From NCBI RefSeq assembly GCF_009914755.1, contig NC_060936.1: a DNA stretch of 64,000 nt; one strand, given 5' to 3'. Source of the DNA: the human T2T-CHM13v2.0 reference genome, Homo sapiens. The position numbers were made by a program, and so were the translations under genes. Of the stretch, positions 1-15,410 are shown piece after piece (positions within the stretch are counted from its first letter, which is position 1; each line of letters starts with the position of its first letter). The notes under the pieces were generated by a model. The model ran no database searches. It worked only from the letters and a program-made list of their open reading frames with translations, and was not told where the DNA came from.

Positions 1-114
1 CACCCGCTGCCATGCCCGGCTAATTTTTTGTATATTTAGTAGAGATGGGGTTTCAGCATGTTAGGATGGTCTCGATCTCCTGACCTCGTGATCCACCCAC
101 CCCAGCCTCCCAAA
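1..114 (-). mobile_element. Alu fragment (AluY/Sc-like), cut by window edge
   Basis: Antisense Alu linker and left arm: TAATTTTTTGTATATTTAGTAGAGA...CTCGATCTCCTGACCTCGTGATCC. Confidence 0.9.
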
Positions 115-181
115 GGCCTGGAACTATTTCTTCACCTTTTTTACTCTGGTCTGAATGACTGGTTCAGATTACATCAGAGTG

Positions 182-913
<732 letters not shown>

Positions 914-1379
914 AGTGCATATTGGTATCAGCATTCAAGAATCTACTGGCTCATAAAACTGAGCTATTTAATATTAAGATCAATACAAGGTCTACTTGAT
1001 GACCCACAAGCATAATGTAGTTTATAGGTTCATGTCCAAGTTCTGTGGAGTAAAATGAATGTTATAAAATTATAGGCTTGTCAACATGACCCTAAAACAA
1101 CCGGTCAATTTAATAAACGAATAGATGAAAATCTATCAAATAAGTTGTTAGAAAATTACCTTGTATAAGGCCATACAGCAAAACAACTGAATTTTTCACT
1201 CATCAGCTAGTTAATTGGGCCTTGTGAAGACATAGGCAGAAAGAACGATAAAACTAGGGGCCCAGGAAGTTATGTCCAGTCTCCTGTCTGTGGTCAGGTC
1301 AATACTTCATGTATAAAAATACACGAAAGTTGCTAAAAAGCAAACTTGAGTAAAGGGAATTGAACCATCTTCCTCTGAA

Positions 1380-2110
1380 GTCTGTTCCAGGTTCCAATTA
1401 GGAATGCTTTCTTATTCATAACCATCCTTGTGCTGCAATCACAGCCTATTTCCTATAATTTGCTCCTCCATGGAGATGGAAAACAGCTGGCCATTTTTCT
1501 CTTTGTGATAATCTTTCTCATGCTCAAATCAAGGCACACTTAATCTTCTCTTTTCCACGTTGAATAACTCAAACTCTTTTATCTGTTTTCAGAAGATCTT
1601 TTTATTTTCCAGCGATTGTTCTGGCTTTTCTGTGGATTTCTCCATGTCTCTTCTTAAAATGCAGGGCCTTACACTGAAGACTTTAAAACGGCCTCGTTGG
1701 GTCTGAGGAATACTGAAAGATTCATTCTCAACCTTTGTCTCTCATTATCTAGACCACGGGCCATGTTTATGTTTTAGTCTCTGGTGGCCATCAGGTCATT
1801 CCTATGACCCTAACGTCTCAACCAGTTTTTCCCCAATAAGAATTTCATTCTGCTCTTGGAAAACCACTTCTCTTGTTTGTCGAGGTAACTTAGGACATGA
1901 TTTCCTACCTCCAGTTTACTAACAAGTCATCCCAACTTGGTGTCCTCTGCGACCAATAAACATATTCTGAATGAATTACTCCAGCCTCAGACAGGGATTG
2001 TTAACACCCCTAAGCTAACATCTGAATCAACAACGAATATTTCTCCTTACCTATTGCTTCAGATCATGAACAACTCCACATATGCAGTTGGGTCCACTTG
2101 GCTTATTGAC
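1380..2110 (-). mobile_element. L3/CR1 LINE fragments (ancient)
   Basis: TAATCTTCTCTTTTCCACGTTGAATAACTCAAACTCTTT and CTTCTTAAAATGCAGGGCC resemble antisense CR1 RT-region sequence; a further piece lies near 3050-3110. Confidence 0.5.
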
Positions 2111-2124
2111 AGATACTGTGGGAA

Positions 2125-2775
2125 TGTATTAGTCTGTTTTCATGCTGCTGATAAAGACATACCTGAGACTGGGTAATTTATAAAGAAAAAGAGGTTTAAT
2201 GGACTCACAGTTCCACGTGGCTGGGGAGGTGTCACAATCATGGCCGAAGGCAAAAGGCACGTCTTTTTTTTGAAACGGAGTCTCGCTTTGTTGCATAGTC
2301 TGGATTGGCTCACAGCAACCTCTGCCTCCCAGGTTGAAGCGATTCTCCTGCCTCAGCCTCCCGAGTAGCTGGGATTACAGGCATGCGCCACCACACCTGG
2401 CTAATTTTTGTATTTTTAATAGCGACACAGTTTCACCATATTAGCCATGCTGGTTACGAACTCCTAACCTCAGGCAATCAGCCTGCCTCGGCCTCCCAAA
2501 GTGTTAGGATTACAGGCCTGAGCCACCGCACCCAGCCAAAAGGCATGTCTTAACATGGCAGCAGACAAGAGAGAATGAGAGCCCCAAGGGAAAAGGGAAA
2601 CCCCTTATACAATAATCAGATCTCATGAGACTTATTCACTACCATGAGAACAGAATGGGGGAAACCACCCCCATGATTCAATTATCTCGCACTGGGTCCC
2701 TCCCACAACACGTGGGAATTATGGGAGCTACAATTCAAGATGAGATTTGGGTGGGGACACAGACAAACCATATCA
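2125..2775 (-). mobile_element. THE1C-like solo LTR interrupted by an Alu
   Basis: TGTATTAGTC...AAACCATATCA termini; perfect 5-bp TSD GGGAA at 2120-2124 and 2776-2780. Confidence 0.92.
2264..2537 (-). mobile_element. AluS with small right-arm deletion, inside THE1
   Basis: TSD AAAAGGCACGTCTT / AAAAGGCATGTCTT. Confidence 0.95.
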
Positions 2776-2810
2776 GGGAAGAACAACAAAAACTCTGCTT
2801 TGGGCCAAAC

Positions 2811-3023
2811 CAGGGTTTCTTAGCTCTGACACTATTGAAATTTAGAGCCAGATAATTCTTTATTGTAGAAGGCGGTCCCGCACATTGTAGGATGTTTAGC
2901 AGCATCTGTGGACTTTATCCACTAGATGCCAGTAGCAACTACCCCCAAGTTGTCACAAAAATGTCTCTAGACATTGCCATATGTCCCCTGGGGGAGAAAA
3001 TCACCCCCAGTTGAGAACAACCA
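2811..3023 (-). mobile_element. MER20 (hAT-Charlie DNA transposon)
   Basis: CAGGGTTTCT...CCACTAGATGCCAGTAGC...GACATTGCCATATGTCCCCTGGGG...GTTGAGAAC matches the reverse of the MER20 consensus. Confidence 0.9.
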
Positions 3024-3534
3024 TCCCAGATGCATGATTTCCCTCTGATCTTGTCTCTCCAGACAGAAATTAAATTGGTTCAAGAAAATTTGCTCATCAC
3101 AGAGCTTCATTCTTCACTACCCAGCATCCCAGGAACTGTTGGACTTGGCATGTATAATACTGAGGAGCCCTGTCTGTGCTGTGCAGCTTCATCCTTTGAG
3201 ATCAGCCTTATTGCCCCCATTTGATAGGCAGAGAGTGGATGAGCTATGAATTCAGCACCACATAGCTACCAAAGGGCATATATGAACCTAGGTCAGCTAG
3301 GATCTCAAGCCTGTGCTCTCTCCATCATCAAATGCAGCCTTTTCTCTAGATGCACAGTAGATTTGTAATTACTTGAGTCATCCTTTCCCCATTGATGAGA
3401 TGGAGATTTCACCTTGTAAGAACTCTGCAGTCTTCTTTAAATAAAATCTAACTCTGGTCCTCTGAGGTGACCAAGAGGGAAACCCCCAGTGGAGAATCCC
3501 CTGACAAGGTCCACCTTGAAAAATCTGCATTTAT

Positions 3535-3645
3535 CAGGTGATGGATACGCTAAAAGCCCTGACTTGACCACTACACAATCTATGCATGTAAATAATATTG
3601 CACATGCAACCCATAAATTTGTACAAATAGAAAAGAAAGAAAAAT
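3535..3645 (+). mobile_element. L1PB/L1MA 3'-end fragment
   Basis: GGTGATGGATACGCTAAAAGCCCTGACTTGACCACTA...ATAAATTTGTACAAATAGAAAAG. Confidence 0.7.
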
Positions 3646-3972
3646 CCTGGTTCGTGTTATTAATGCAGATGGTAGTTCCCTTGTGCAGCTTTAAAAAACT
3701 GTTCCTTGTTTTCCACCAGCCTTCAGAGCTTCACCCTGCTGGGCGGACTCACCATCTTCCTGTCTAGTCCCACACGGCTCTTTTGAGCTGAGTGCAGGGG
3801 CTGTTAGAATGTTCTTTACCAGTTCCCACCATTGTCAGTGTCAGTGGCTTAGAGCTGCTTAAGGCTTTGCCATTCCCAAAGCACTTTCCCATGTGCTGTC
3901 ACATTTGATTCCTGTTACACCTGCAAGAGAGCCTGGCTGGTGGATTATGGAGGTGAAGAAAACCAACGTGTA

Positions 3973-4141
3973 GGCCAGGCATGGTGGTGCACGACTATAA
4001 TCCCAGCACTCGGGGAGGCCGAGGCAGGAGGATCGCTTGAGCCCAGGAGTTTGAGGCTGCAGCATGCCACCGCACTCCAGCCTGGGTAGCAAAGCAAGAC
4101 CGTCTCAAAAAACAGACAAACAACAACAACAACAACAAAAA
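3973..4141 (+). mobile_element. Alu monomer (FRAM/AluJ-like) with (CAA)n tail, within MIR-like sequence
   Basis: Single 7SL-derived arm followed by an A/CAA-rich tail. Confidence 0.85.
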
Positions 4142-5210
4142 GGTATCGGGAGGCTGTAGATCACTCAGTTGGTAAATAGTGGAGAAAGGCCTGTAAGTAG
4201 TGGTAAGCCTACTGGCCTCACCTCCAGAGCTTCATCAAGAGGGATTTCTGCTCTGTTCAGATGGTCCTGGACTTCTTTTCATAAAATGTCTGTGCTTTTG
4301 TGTCAACATTTTCTGGAGAAAGCTGGCTCCCGAGGTCCTCTCTTTTGATCTTACAAACTGAAGACTGGCTTTTTTTCCTTTTTGTCTCACAAACTTTTTG
4401 CTAATACCATCATTTTCTTCTTTCAATGATCCCTATCCATAAAGATAAGTTGATTTCTGTCTACAGGCACTCCCAGGTCTAAGGAAACCTGTTTCAGCTG
4501 CGCTTTTCCCACGCAAATGATCTCTCCTGCAGGCACCGTGAGACTCTCCGTTCTCTGGTTCCCCTGCTGGCCACAGCCACTGGGATATCTTTTCCCTTCT
4601 TTCTTGAGGTGCCTGTCGGGCCCCACCCTAGCTCAGTGCCAGCTCCTCCTGGAGTCCCCGAAGCCTCTGCTCACCCACCCAATCTCACCCCTGCCTAACT
4701 CACTGGACCGCAGTGGGATTTGGAAGAAACATTCAATGTGAGCGACACCACCCTGTACACGAGAAGGGTAGCATGACAAATTTAGCATAGGATGTGAAAA
4801 GGGCATCCTGTTCACTCAGAACCTTTGTCCCTCAGATTTCGTTCGCATTGGCTTTTTCTTGCCAAAACCCTGAGTTCATGAAAGTCTACCTTCCTGCAGC
4901 CCATTTTTCTTTATCTTGCTGATTTCTCTCCTTCCTTCCTTAGAACCCTGAATGTTATCATTTTGTGGTCATTTCCACCGAAGTTCTTGGGCACTTTTCT
5001 TCAAAGATGAGAGAAACGTGGATATGTTTATGGTCTGGACAGGACCCAGGAGAGAGGGTAAAGTTGAAAATACAGGAGACAGAAAGGGTTATTGAAAGAG
5101 CAAAGTCCTAGGAGAGATAAGAGAAGACGAGATCCCGGGAACAGAAGCAAGAACCTTCTGAGATAAGAGGGACAGAAATGAGATGAATGTGATTGTAGAC
5201 AAAGTGGAGG

Positions 5211-5861
5211 TGAAGCGGCATCGCTCATCTGGGGTAATACCCAAGGTTCGTTGTCCCACAGCCATGGAAAACTAGGATGCGGACACACCAGAGTGAGGTT
5301 AAGAGTGGAAGTTTAATAGGCGAAAGAAAGAGAAGAGCACCCTGCAGAGAGGGGTCCCAGAAAAAATGGGTTGCCGGTTCCATGGTGAAATGCAGGAAAT
5401 TTTACAGATGAGCTTGAGGAGGTGGTACCTGATTTACATAGAGCATGAAAGATTGGTCAGACCAGGTGTGCTATTTGCATAGCATGGGAAGAACTGGTTA
5501 GGACTAGTTATGCCGTTTGCACAGCACGTGAAAAAGCTGGCTGCCCACCCCAATCTTTTATTATGCAGACAGGTTCTCTACCTGGCCAGCAACATGTTGC
5601 CTGCTTCTTTACTGTACATGTGGTGACAAAGAAAAGGGAAGATGGAGCCTCCATGTCAGGTAGCCCTTTTCTATTGGCACAGCTGCCAGCATTCACCTGT
5701 GCAAGCTTCCAGCTTGCTTATCTATTCTGAAGCTCGATTTTTCAGGCTGCTCTTTGTTAAAAAGGAAATGATTTGGGAGTTGCTTTTTGTTAAGAGGGAA
5801 AGCTTGCTGAAGGCTCTGTTGCCCTTACTATCTGCCTAAATAATTTCTAGCTCCTGTATCA
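5211..5861 (-). mobile_element. ERV1-class solo LTR (LTR9-like)
   Basis: TG...CA termini, 4-bp TSD GAGG at 5207-5210 and 5862-5865; minus strand begins TGATACAGGAGCTAGAAATTATTTAGGCAGATAG; subfamily assigned from memory. Confidence 0.8.
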
Positions 5862-6698
5862 GAGGCAGGGTCAAGGGAGCATTTTAAGATCTGAATCTCA
5901 GTGCAGGAGCAGACTTAGTGATGCTGGACATGGAGGCATTGGTTGGCTCCGCTGTGCTTGGTGACCAAGTGTTAGGTGAGAAGGCAGTTATCGTGTGAGT
6001 GAAGGTTGAAGGTTTGGAGGCAGGTGTTGGAAGGGAACTCTGAAGGAGCAGAGCACACGAGTGCAAACTGATAACCAGTGGAATCCAGGCTGAACAGGAA
6101 GATAGTTCATGAAGCAATGGGGGTTAGTAGACGTGGTTCAAATCCTCGACAAGAAAGCAGAAAGGCTACACATCTGTGGTCTGAAGGCTCGAGATTAGAG
6201 TTTGATTTTTGATGTTCACATAAAATGGGTAAAACCTCAAAAGCCTTGTCCCAGGAATAAGACGTGGACGACCTGAGCCATAGCCTGCCCCACATCCTGT
6301 CTCCACGAACCCTCCCAGCCATCGATTTCACCAGCTTCACCTTTGCTTGCCTCCTTCCTCAGATTTCCTGCATGCTTTTTATTTCACTCTCAAGTAATGG
6401 CTTTGACTGGGCCCCACAACGATTCCACCTTTCCATCCGAATACGACATCTTCAGATTCTCTCAGGTGAGTCCTCCTCCCCAGCACCCTCCTTCTTGGAC
6501 ACCACCCCAGAGTAGGTTGCTTTCACCCAGCTGGCCTTGGCTTCAGGTGGGATGTGGACAGCCCTCATGGGCATAAGCTCACCCAGAGGATGGCAGCCAT
6601 CTGGGTGGAGAGGAGGATTGAAAGGCAGGTTCTCCGTGAATGTGAGGAGCTGAAAGTGTGTAATTTTTTCCCCACCTTTTACTCAAATTCCTATAGGA

Positions 6699-7034
<336 letters not shown>

Positions 7035-7084
7035 CTACAGGAGCCAGGGAGGTAGAAAAACAAGTGATACCACCCAGTGCCATA

Positions 7085-7342
7085 TGCTGGAGACCAAGGC
7101 CACCTGGTGGACACATGTCCCATCTATGTGGAGCAAGAGCTGCTCAGCCCCTAAATTGCTGCCATACAGGAATGTGCCAGAGCTTTTCATCATTTAACAG
7201 AAGCTGGAAATCTAGGTTTATACATAAAATCTCCTGGTTTTCAAATGATGACAACTCATTCAAAAGAAAACATCTTTTTGAAGCACCTTGTTGACCAAAT
7301 TACCTCTGATGGTTGAATTGTTCCTGAGGGCTGCCAGTTTGC
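7085..7342 (+). mobile_element. MER102-like hAT-Charlie fragment
   Basis: AGAAGCTGGAAATCTAGGTTTATACATAAAATCTCCTGGTTTTCAAATG...GGGCTGCCAGTTTG. Confidence 0.6.
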
Positions 7343-7514
7343 CTGAGTAACGGTATGGACATGCAGAGGGAAACTAGGAGAAAGTTCCCCAAAACTGGGA
7401 AGCGGGAATGAGGCTGGGGTATGCCAGTGGGATGACTTCCTAGGAAGGGCATACTTTTTTCACCCACTTGGATTCAATAAACAGTTAACAAATTTTAAGG
7501 TTTTATTCTTCTCA

Positions 7515-7946
<432 letters not shown>

Positions 7947-8745
7947 TACTCTTAACCCTTTGGGAAAGTCTGTTAAGCATGCACAGTCTTGTTTGGTGCT
8001 ATTTTGGAAAATTGAGAGATAAGCAATAGAAGAAAGTAAAACTTCCCTGATTGAGCCCCCCGTGGGAGTTAGCATGGTGCAGCTGCCCTACACCGAGGGG
8101 TTGCAGACCTGCACAGCCAGCAAGGGAGCAGCAGGCATGCAAGCAGGCACAGCTGGGAGAGTGAGAAGCAGCAGCTGAGAAATGGAAAGCATCTGCCGAA
8201 ACAGGGGCTACCCCTACTGAGACCCAAAGTGAATCCTCAGAGAGGGTGACCATGATCCCTGAAGGTGTTGGAGACAGACAAGTGGGAAGCACTTTGCCAT
8301 AATTTGCTAGGTGAAAAGGCAGGTCATAAGAAACTATTACAGAGGAATCCTTTCTCTGAGAAATAAATGCTTTTATGACTACATCTGCATGAGGAAAGAT
8401 CAGAAGAAGATATGTGAAATATTAAAGGCGGCTCTTATGAAGTGGTAGATCGTGGGTGAGTTGGTGACACTGGCACGACACACAGAGGTGGCTTTTGTGG
8501 TCTAGGATAAGCAGAGGTAACACTGTGCCTGCCACTTTTCTAACACTTTGATGCAGATTAATTGATTCGATCTCCATTACAACCTTGTGAAGTTGGTATG
8601 ATTATTATTCCCCGTATGATTATGGATGAGGAAAGGCATGAGGAAGTTTAACAACTTGCCTTAGGTCAGACAGTAAATGGCACAGCCCTTTCTGGAGTCA
8701 TATTTTATAATGTGACAATTGCTGCTTTTTAAAAACAAAGGTATT

Positions 8746-9109
<364 letters not shown>

Positions 9110-9115
9110 TCATGT

Positions 9116-9418
<303 letters not shown>

Positions 9419-9574
9419 CTATGTCACACGAGTGTCTCCTTTTTCCTGGTGGTAGTTTGGGGGCTCAAAATTTCTCACTTCATCCTGACCCAACTCAAAC
9501 CAAACATTTCCTTGGTGAAAGTATTCCAGATGACTTCATCTGCTTTCTTCTCTGAGACTGATGGTACAAACTAT

Positions 9575-9888
<314 letters not shown>

Positions 9889-10029
9889 TAGTCTTCACAT
9901 CTTCCCTATTCATTCATTCAATACATTTTTATGATACATACAAAATCAGTGTTGACTACTCTCCTACTTCTTTTAGTCTTTCTGGTTTCTCCCCAGTACA
10001 TACTTTGTTATGAAAAAGAATAGGTAAAG

Positions 10030-10270
10030 ATTGAGCTTTGACTCTGTACTAGGCATTAGATCAAGCATCTCTCAGACTAGATCTTATTTAATTCTCACAA
10101 TCACCCTATCAGTTAGGTGCTCTGATTAGCCTATAGATGAACACTGTGTGGCACCAAGAGATTAAGTTACTTGCCCAAAATCACCCAGCAAGTAAATCGA
10201 GGAGCCAGGATTTGAAGGCCAGGCTGTCCAATTCCAGATCCTGTGCCTTTGAACACTTAGTCTATGCCTA
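10030..10270 (-). mobile_element. MIR
   Basis: TTTAATTCTCACAATCACCCTAT...AAGTTACTTGCCCAAAATCACCCAGC...GGAGCCAGGATTTGAA core. Confidence 0.75.
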
Positions 10271-11429
10271 GCTGTGCTCATTGGCCAACATGGTAAGGGA
10301 ACAAACAAGACTCCTTTGTCCTGGACCTCAGAGTATGCACGGACATCCTGGAGGCATAAGGCTGCCTCCTTTCCCTGCCTGGCTCTATTACTTTTGGCTA
10401 AAAAGCATGGCAACCTGGAATAACCCAGGCCCCCCCAGCCCGCATTCTTGGCATGTTTGCCAGACCACTCTGTCTCACTTATGCTGATTACATCATTACC
10501 CTGGTCCTGAGTGGAGAAGTCAGACTCGCCTTCTCTTCACATTTATGTGTGAACCTTTTTAGTCAGTCAGTCTGTCAACATGAGTTTTCCTTTTGCTTTC
10601 TTCCCCCTTCACTCCCACTCTGGCCCTGCTCTAACTTTCCATGTCTCTTCTCGAGCTTGGTTTCCCTTTGGGCTTGGAAAACTCAGGACTGCCTTTGACT
10701 TGAAACCCTCCACTCACTTGGCCCGCCAGCCTGCTCCTGCAGACACTCTTCTCTTTCTCTGGGACACAGGACCTTTTTTCTGAGATCACATGCCTATTGA
10801 GAAATTGAAGACATTCTCTTCCAAACCACTTGTATGGGGAGACTTGGAGGACATGGCTACCTCTTCTCTGTCCTCCTCAAAGATCTAACATTCTTCCTGG
10901 TTAACACTGGTCAGTATCACTTAGGCACATGTAGGGCAGAAGCCAGTTCATATTCTGGATAAATACGCTGTCATAACATGGAGCTAGATACTCAGATTCA
11001 TTGAGTGATGAGATGACTCATTTTACCCCCAAACCCTCCGGTTTTTTGTTCCTCTTCTCTGGCAGGAAAAGGCTCATGCTGTTAAAAGGCTCCTTTTAAT
11101 GTACCAGTAACCTTCCTTCTGAGCCACACTGTTCCAGATCCTAAAGACTTCATCTCTAAGCTGAGAACAACTTGATGCAGTGGGAAGAGTAATGAGCAGG
11201 AGACCAAGGTTGTAGACCTGGTTCTGCTGCTTATCTGTGTGTTTTGTACAGTCACTTAAGCCTGCTGAGCCTGAATTTCTTTTAAAGTTAAATGCCAGTG
11301 ATACTCTAATGTTGCAAGGTAGAGTGATTTAGACAGCAGCAATGACAATGCAGATGTAACGCCGTATTATTTTACCAAGTTTCCAATCTTGGAGGCTCAC
11401 ACCATAAAACCATCAACATTGATACCTTG

Positions 11430-11725
11430 GATTGGGCCCAGTAGCTCTTGCCTGTAATCCCAGTGCTTTGGAAGGCTGAAGTGAGAGGATTGCTTGATGC
11501 CAGGAGTTCAAGACCAGCCTGGGCAATTTAGCAAGACCCCATCTTGCCAAAAAATTTAAAAATTAGCCAGGAGTGGTAGCTTGTGCCTGTAGTCCTACCT
11601 ACCTGGGAGGCAGAAGGATCACTTGAGCCCAGGATTTGACGCTGAAGTAAGCAATGATCACACCACTGTACACCAGCATGGGTAACAAAGTGAGACCCTG
11701 TTTCTCACTAATAATAATAATAATA
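11430..11725 (+). mobile_element. AluJ with (TAA)n tail
   Basis: Diverged dimer. Confidence 0.9.
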
Positions 11726-11891
11726 ATTTATGAAGAAAAAAAGATTGAGAAGCACTTAGTTATCCTTATCATTGGATAGGGGAGTAAAAAAGAAATCATT
11801 TATGGAAAAAAAAAAGATTGAAAAGCATTTAGTATTCAGTTGACTTTATCACAGGATAGGGAGGAGTGAAGGCAGGTCCACGCAGGAGCCC

Positions 11892-12145
11892 GGGCTGGAG
11901 AACAGTGGCACAATCATAGCTCACTGCAGCTTTAAATACTGGGCTCAAGCTACCCTTAAGCCTCAGCCTCCTGAGTAGCTGAGACTACAGACATGCACCA
12001 CCACGCCCAGCTCATTTTTTATTTTTTGTAGAGACAGGGTCTCACCATGTTGTCCAGGCTGATCTCAAATTCCTGGGCTCAAGCCATCCTCCTGCCTTGA
12101 CCTCCCAAAGTGCTGGGATTACAAGCATGAGCCACTGCACCCAGC
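11892..12145 (-). mobile_element. AluJ, lacking 3' tail
   Basis: Diverged antisense dimer. Confidence 0.9.
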
Positions 12146-12685
12146 CCTCAATCTGAAAAGTACAGAGCAGTTTCAAGACCCCACCCTCACTTCCCACTTA
12201 ATTGCCACTTTTAAGTCCCTTCTGTATAGAAATTCTAAAACTACACCAGATGGGAGTCTATTAAATTGTAATGTGAAAAAGATTTGAAGTTAGATAACAT
12301 ATTAATATATATCAAAGAGATTTATATGAATAGTCATAGTATTCTTTCAAGTAGCTATTCATAATGATCACTTGATAAGAAGTAGCTATAAACAGTGGAG
12401 AGTTTATAACGAAGCACAGTGAATGTTTAGGCTCTTCCTCAGACCTACTCTCACGTCGACCCCCAGTAGAACCCCTCCTCTTAGGCCGTAGAAGCATCTC
12501 TAGTGTGACAAAGCAAAGGAGTCAGAGTTAAGATCAAAAGGAGTGGTTCTTTGCAGGTCTCACAGGTAGGAATGCTTTTGACTACAAGGAACAGTAAATT
12601 CAACAAAATGACTTAGGCCATATGGACACTCATCCCTCACTTAAGAAATCCAGAGTTGATTTATGTGCTTCAAAAATGCCATCAA

Positions 12686-13027
<342 letters not shown>

Positions 13028-14037
13028 TTAAAAAATTTTTTTAGTTTTTTTATTTGAATCGGTTTTTGGGGAACAGGTGGTATTTGGCTACATGAATAAG
13101 TTCTTTAGTGGTGATTTCTGATATTTTTGTGTACCCATCATCCGAGCAGGGTACACTGTACCCAGTGTGTAGTCTTTCAGCCCTCACCACCCCCACCCTT
13201 TCCCTCAACTCCCCCAAAGTCCATTGTATCATTCTTATGCCTTTACATCCTCATAGATTAGCTCCCACATATGAGCGAGAACATGCGATATTTGGTTTTC
13301 CATTCCTGAGTTACTTCACTTAGAATGGTCTCCAATTCCATCCAGGATCCTGCAAATGCCATTATTCCATTCTTTTTCTATGGCTGAGTAGTATTCCATG
13401 GTATATATATATATACCACATTTTCTTTATTCACTCATTGATTGATGGGCATTTGGGCTGGTTCCATATTTTCACAATTGCAAATTGTGCTGCTATAAAC
13501 ATCCATGTGCAAGTATCTTTTTCATATAATGACTTATTTTCCTCTGGGTAGATACCCAGTAGTGGGATTGCTGGATCGAATGGTAGATCACTTTTAGTTC
13601 TTTAAGGAATCTCCACACTGTTTTCCATAGTGGTTGTACTAGTTTTTATTCCCACCAGCAGTGTAGAAGTATTCCCTTTTCACCACATCCATGCCAACAT
13701 CTATTTTTTTTTTTATTATGGCCATTCTTGCAGGAGTGAGGTGGTATCACACTGTAGTTTTGATTTGCATTTCCCTGATCATTAGTGATGTTGAGCATTT
13801 TTTCATATGTTTGTTGGCCATTTGTATATCTTCTTTTGAGAATTGTCTATTTACATCCTTAGTGCACATTTTGATGGGATTGTTTTTTTCTTGCTGATTT
13901 GTTTGTGTTCTTTGTAGATTCTGGATATTAGTCCTTTGTCAGATGTATAGATTGTGAAGATTTTCCCCCATGGGTTGTCTGTTTACTCAGCTGATTATTT
14001 CTTTTGTTGTGCAGAAGCTTTTTAGTTTAATTAAGTC
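13028..14037 (-). mobile_element. L1PB1-like 3' kilobase, 5'-truncated
   Basis: TTTTTGGGGAACAGGTGGTATTTGGCTACATGAATAAGTTCTTTAGTGGTGATTTCTGA; degraded TSD CAAGAACCCATTTCTTTA / CAAAAACCCAGATCTTTA. Confidence 0.9.
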
Positions 14038-14626
14038 CAAAAACCCAGATCTTTATATTCTTCCACCTCAGCCATCCTCTGCATGTTGGCTTTTGTTCCC
14101 ATGTTTATTACTTCACATTTGCCACAGCTCCAAATATCATATCCTCACATGCAGGCAACCCCATCAAGAATGAAGGAAGAGGAAGGGGTAGTTACAAAAA
14201 CCCCTTCTCTCCATATGATTCTCTCATCGGGGAGGAAAGTCCTTCCAGAAGCCCTCAGCAGACTGTCCATGATTTCTCATATCCCAGAGCTGGGTTACAT
14301 CTTACCTCTAATCTAACCATGGGCAAAGGAGTAAGAGGCTTCCCTTATGATTCATCCCTGGGGCTTAGTGAGTGGCAGCCCCAAGAGGCCCTTGGGTAGA
14401 CAGTGAAGAGCATCAGCCACAATGAAGTCATCCAAATGTGGGTTTACAGAAAACAAGGAATTTGGGTTAAGTGAAAACATACCTTTTTCAAATGTAAAGT
14501 AGTCGTATGTTTTATTCATGAGCTAGAAAATAAGAAACAAATGTATTAAAAGATGTAGTGGGATATGCTAGGCAGGGAGTGCTTGGATCACGTCAGCAGG
14601 CCCTGAGCATGCCTGTCTTCTTTGAG

Positions 14627-14696
14627 CAGCTACTGGGGAGGCTGAGGTGGGAGGATGTGAGTTCAAGCCCAGCCTGGGCAAAATAGGGAGACCTTT
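14627..14696 (+). mobile_element. 70-bp FLAM-like monomer segment, near copy of 16878-16947
   Basis: 65/70 identity to the downstream monomer; no A tail. Confidence 0.85.
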
Positions 14697-15139
14697 TAAG
14701 TAGGTGAGTCCCATTTAGGTGGAACTCATGGAGACAAGAAAACTGAGTCCATGGACACATTTTACAGAGATTTATCTAGGGAGCAGAATTGCTATATCCA
14801 ACGGACAGGTATCTAAGAAAAGTGACCACTATGCTGGAAGGCAGTGGACATCTGCCTGGTAGCCATTTCTTTGATCTACCGCCTACCTTCCATGTGAGGC
14901 TGTGCTCTGCAGCCCCTCCCAAGACTCCAACCTCATGGCCTCTAGAGTGGGCACATGATGCTCATCTGGGCCAACTAATTCTCTATTCTAGGCATGTAAA
15001 CCTGGAGCAGAAACACAGAGGGACAAGTGCAGTTAGTTAAGTCATGGCATGGCAACGCCTAAAAAGATGGTCCAGGAGTTCCTGCCACTGCTCTTGCTTA
15101 TCTCCAATCATTTCCAGGGCTTAACATTTCAGCTCTTCC

Positions 15140-15410
15140 TTTCTACTCATTTAGTCATCCCACAAATAATTCTGAGCGTACCATGTGTGCTGGGCACTGT
15201 CCTAAGTCTGGTGATAAAGCAATGAGCAAGAATGACAATGTCCCTGCCTGCATGGAGTATGTAGTCTAAGGAGGAAGACTGATAACAAACAAGTGAACAA
15301 GGCAGTTTCAGACTACACAAGAGCTGTGAAAGAAATCAGCAAGGTAGGTGATGGAGCCCAGCTGGGGAGGCCACACCAGACAGGGTGGTTAGGGAAATCC
15401 TCCATGAGCT
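15140..15410 (-). mobile_element. L2 3' end
   Basis: CTGAGCGTACCATGTGTGCTGGGCACTGTCCTAAG...GTCCCTGCCTGCATGGAG. Confidence 0.75.
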
